From NCBI GenBank assembly GCA_021613535.1, contig CP075497.1, forward strand, positions 4,030,001-4,094,000: a stretch of 64,000 bases of DNA, written 5' to 3'. This DNA comes from Adineta vaga. Taxonomy: Eukaryota; Animalia; Rotifera. Below the pieces are notes generated by a model, which was not told where the DNA came from, did no database searches, and was given only the letters and a program-made list of their open reading frames with translations. Positions within the stretch are counted from its first letter, which is position 1. Every line of letters begins with the position of its first letter. Of the stretch, positions 58,876-64,000 are shown in pieces. The translations under genes were made by a program, and so were the position numbers.

Positions 58876-59426
58876 TATTATTATTATTATATACAAAAAA
58901 AAATAATAAAAAAAAACAAGAGCCACGGGTAAATAGTCTAACTCGAAAAATTTACATTATGTATCCAAAAAAAGTGTAATGCTGATAAGTTTGAAATCTA
59001 ATCAGATTTTAATATATTATAAGACGTTCTCCACCACCATTTATATAAACGTTGATAGATACTCGAGTCTAAAATAAGATAATTTTGTTGAAAAATGTAT
59101 TCAGTATTATTCATAATTATGTATAAAACTGATCGAAAAACTGCCTACAGAAAACAGTCAAAACTAGCTGTCGTCAATGAAAGAAACTCGATAAACTATG
59201 TCAAATGAACAGATATTGAGAAAAAAATGTCGACTATTTTGGAATGTCAAACATTCTGTTTAAAAAAAAAGAAACATAGATATCAATAGACAATATTTAA
59301 TATAAAGAATAAACAACGCTTAGCTTGTAAATCATAATTTTGGATTACTATTACTCAAGAGAACTTTCCGCAGAAAAAATGAAAACTTTGGCAGGATATA
59401 TATATATGAAATATTTATTAACTTAC

Positions 59427-59687
59427 GGTCTTCGTATAATGGAAAATAGATGATATCGGTTTTCCATGATTCACCATACATTGGAACAAATCTCTCACCA
59501 TTATCTTTAACATAGTTTGTACTAGAAAGATTACTTACATATGAAGTTTATTATTTTCATCATAATATCCTAGTAATCGAATGCCTGGAAAGATTCATTC
59601 AAGAGTTGAAACTGATACACTATCATCAGCAGCGATAAATATCGTATAACATAGTTTATTAAGTGACTTTTGTACGTTAATATACAT
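59427..59687 (-). pseudogene. Gene relic resembling the TDP-43 N-terminal domain
   Basis: MYINVQK..ADDSVSVSTLE*IFPGIRLLGYYD..ERFVPMYGESWKTDIIYFP with in-frame TGA at 59597-59595 and a 17-nt GT-AG remnant. Confidence 0.4.
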
Positions 59688-60182
59688 TATCTAAGTAAAC
59701 GAGAAAGATAATGATTAATCGATCTTTTGATGATGAGAATTGTTTTATTACTTAAGAAAATGACGATGATGAGATGAGATCATGATCATGATTTCTATAA
59801 GAAAAAGAAGGTTGAGATTGAGATAAGTTACATACAATGAATCGTCATATTGCCTAAAACGCACATAGCTCTATTTGAAAAGCGAAAATGAATAGAGGGC
59901 GTTAATTTCTAACATATAGTGTAATACAGAAGGATAGAAACATGTATTGATTTTGTTTTGTGATCTCTTAGATATTGAACGAAAAACTACCCATGTATAG
60001 CTTCGATGATGTAATGAAGATTGGCGGACATTTTGACGAATAGGATTATGCACGTGTCACAATAATACTGTTAACGTGACTTTTCTTGCCTATATATGTG
60101 AAGTGCACTTTTTTATGCGATAGTGAGTTTTCTTTTCTTTTTATAAAAGAAAAATGATTTAAAAACATTTGGATGTTCATGA

Positions 60183-63084
<2,902 letters not shown>

Positions 63085-63128
63085 ATCCCAATGATAAACC
63101 AATCATTGGCAAATTTTATCTGAATATT

Positions 63129-63218
63129 CACAATATATATTGATTGTTAATGATAATTGAAATGTCCAGAATCCTATATCGATTACTGTTTCAATTTGAA
63201 TGTATCAATGTAAATGTG
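63129..63218 (+). promoter_or_regulatory. SECIS element (type II, CC apical variant) in the SELENOO 3'UTR
   Basis: ATGAT at 63150-63154 opposite TGAA at 63197-63200; helix 2 63155-63164/63187-63196; helix 1 63136-63144/63204-63212; CC at 63166-63167; mini-stem AATC/GATT. Confidence 0.8.
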
Positions 63219-63641
63219 TTTGTTCATTGTAGATATTTATTCTCGCAGAAATTTTCCATTCTAATTTCTTTCAACCTATCCCAACAGACATAAACAAGCG
63301 AATTGAAAAATTTATGTAGTCATTGGAATTTGTTTCGTTTTATTTTTTGCTGATTTATATTTTATAAAGCAAAGGTTGTTTTTCATAAAATAAACTCATT
63401 TTGTACAATAAAAAAAATCGGCGATCAACATGCAATGAATAATAAAAAATATGTGCTAAGAAAAACCAAGAAAAGAAAAACAAAATTTGGAAATGGAATG
63501 AACGGATTTAAGTCGCACGAAAATAGTCTCAACAAGAGCAAGAAAATGATGAGAAACGATCAAAAATTGAACTATACAATTTCAAATACGAGAAACAAGA
63601 GAGAAAAATAAACACCATCACCGGTACAATGAACCGAGATT

Positions 63642-64000
63642 TTATGATGAAATCTTTATTGTTGGATTTGAATTTAGTTCTTGATTCGATACAATTTTAT
63701 CATCATCAGTTTCAGCAAGAAAATCAGCAAATGAAACAACATGGCCACTGTTACCAGCTATTCGACTTGGTGTTTTAGGTGAACTTGATAAAGCTTCAAA
63801 GCCATTGGCGACTTTTGGTATTGTTCGAATAACTTCACCTGTTACTGAACTCGTTCTTCTTGGTGCTATTTGTGATGTTTGAGTTGTATATGAACTACTA
63901 CGAGCACGTGAATATTGAGATGAGACTTGTTCATTACATGTATTGGATTTATTTGGACATAAATATCGACACAACCAACATCGTAAACCACAACAACAAA
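63642..64000 (-). CDS. 3' end of a gene entering from the right; Cys-rich then Ser/Thr-rich tail
   Basis: Open frame CCCGLRCWLCRYLCPNK..VVSFADFLAETDD..SS*. Product unknown. Confidence 0.6.
   Translation of the reverse strand, partial: CCCGLRCWLCRYLCPNKSNTCNEQVSSQYSRARSSSYTTQTSQIAPRRTSSVTGEVIRTIPKVANGFEALSSSPKTPSRIAGNSGHVVSFADFLAETDDDKIVSNQELNSNPTIKISS

Noticed and set aside
63090-63124. First ATGA..TGA hairpin after the SELENOO stop as a SECIS
   Set aside because: Spacing and pairing do not form the GA/GA core; the hairpin at 63129-63218 fits much better.

Overview
AT-rich, gene-dense eukaryotic (metazoan) DNA with many short GT-AG introns, mostly about 50-65 nt. The style, plus an intronless bacterial/fungal-type peroxiredoxin, suggests a bdelloid rotifer (inference). 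Recognisable genes in order: AF10/MLLT10-like, MGRN1/RNF157-like, a PCTAIRE-type CDK, NRBF2-like, NK1/slouch homeobox, RSL1D1, MGAT1, peroxiredoxin, ATP8A flippase, a single-Ig surface protein, DCAKD, class I PITP, RPSA, a divergent RhoGEF, TEX10/Ipi1, a decayed zfh2/ZFHX copy and selenoprotein O. Main observations: (1) SELENOO has TGC (Cys) at the Sec position but keeps an apparently intact CC-type SECIS hairpin in its 3'UTR; (2) ATP8A has two duplicated, frame-incompatible (mutually exclusive) exons with nearby splicing-regulator motifs; (3) a 157-aa antisense ORF fills the last intron of MGAT1; (4) a probable horizontally acquired peroxiredoxin; (5) two adjacent gene relics (zfh2-like and TDP-43-N-terminal-like); (6) an apparent 1-nt frameshift in the CDK. 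Exon boundaries were read by eye and family assignments come from remembered motifs, not database searches.
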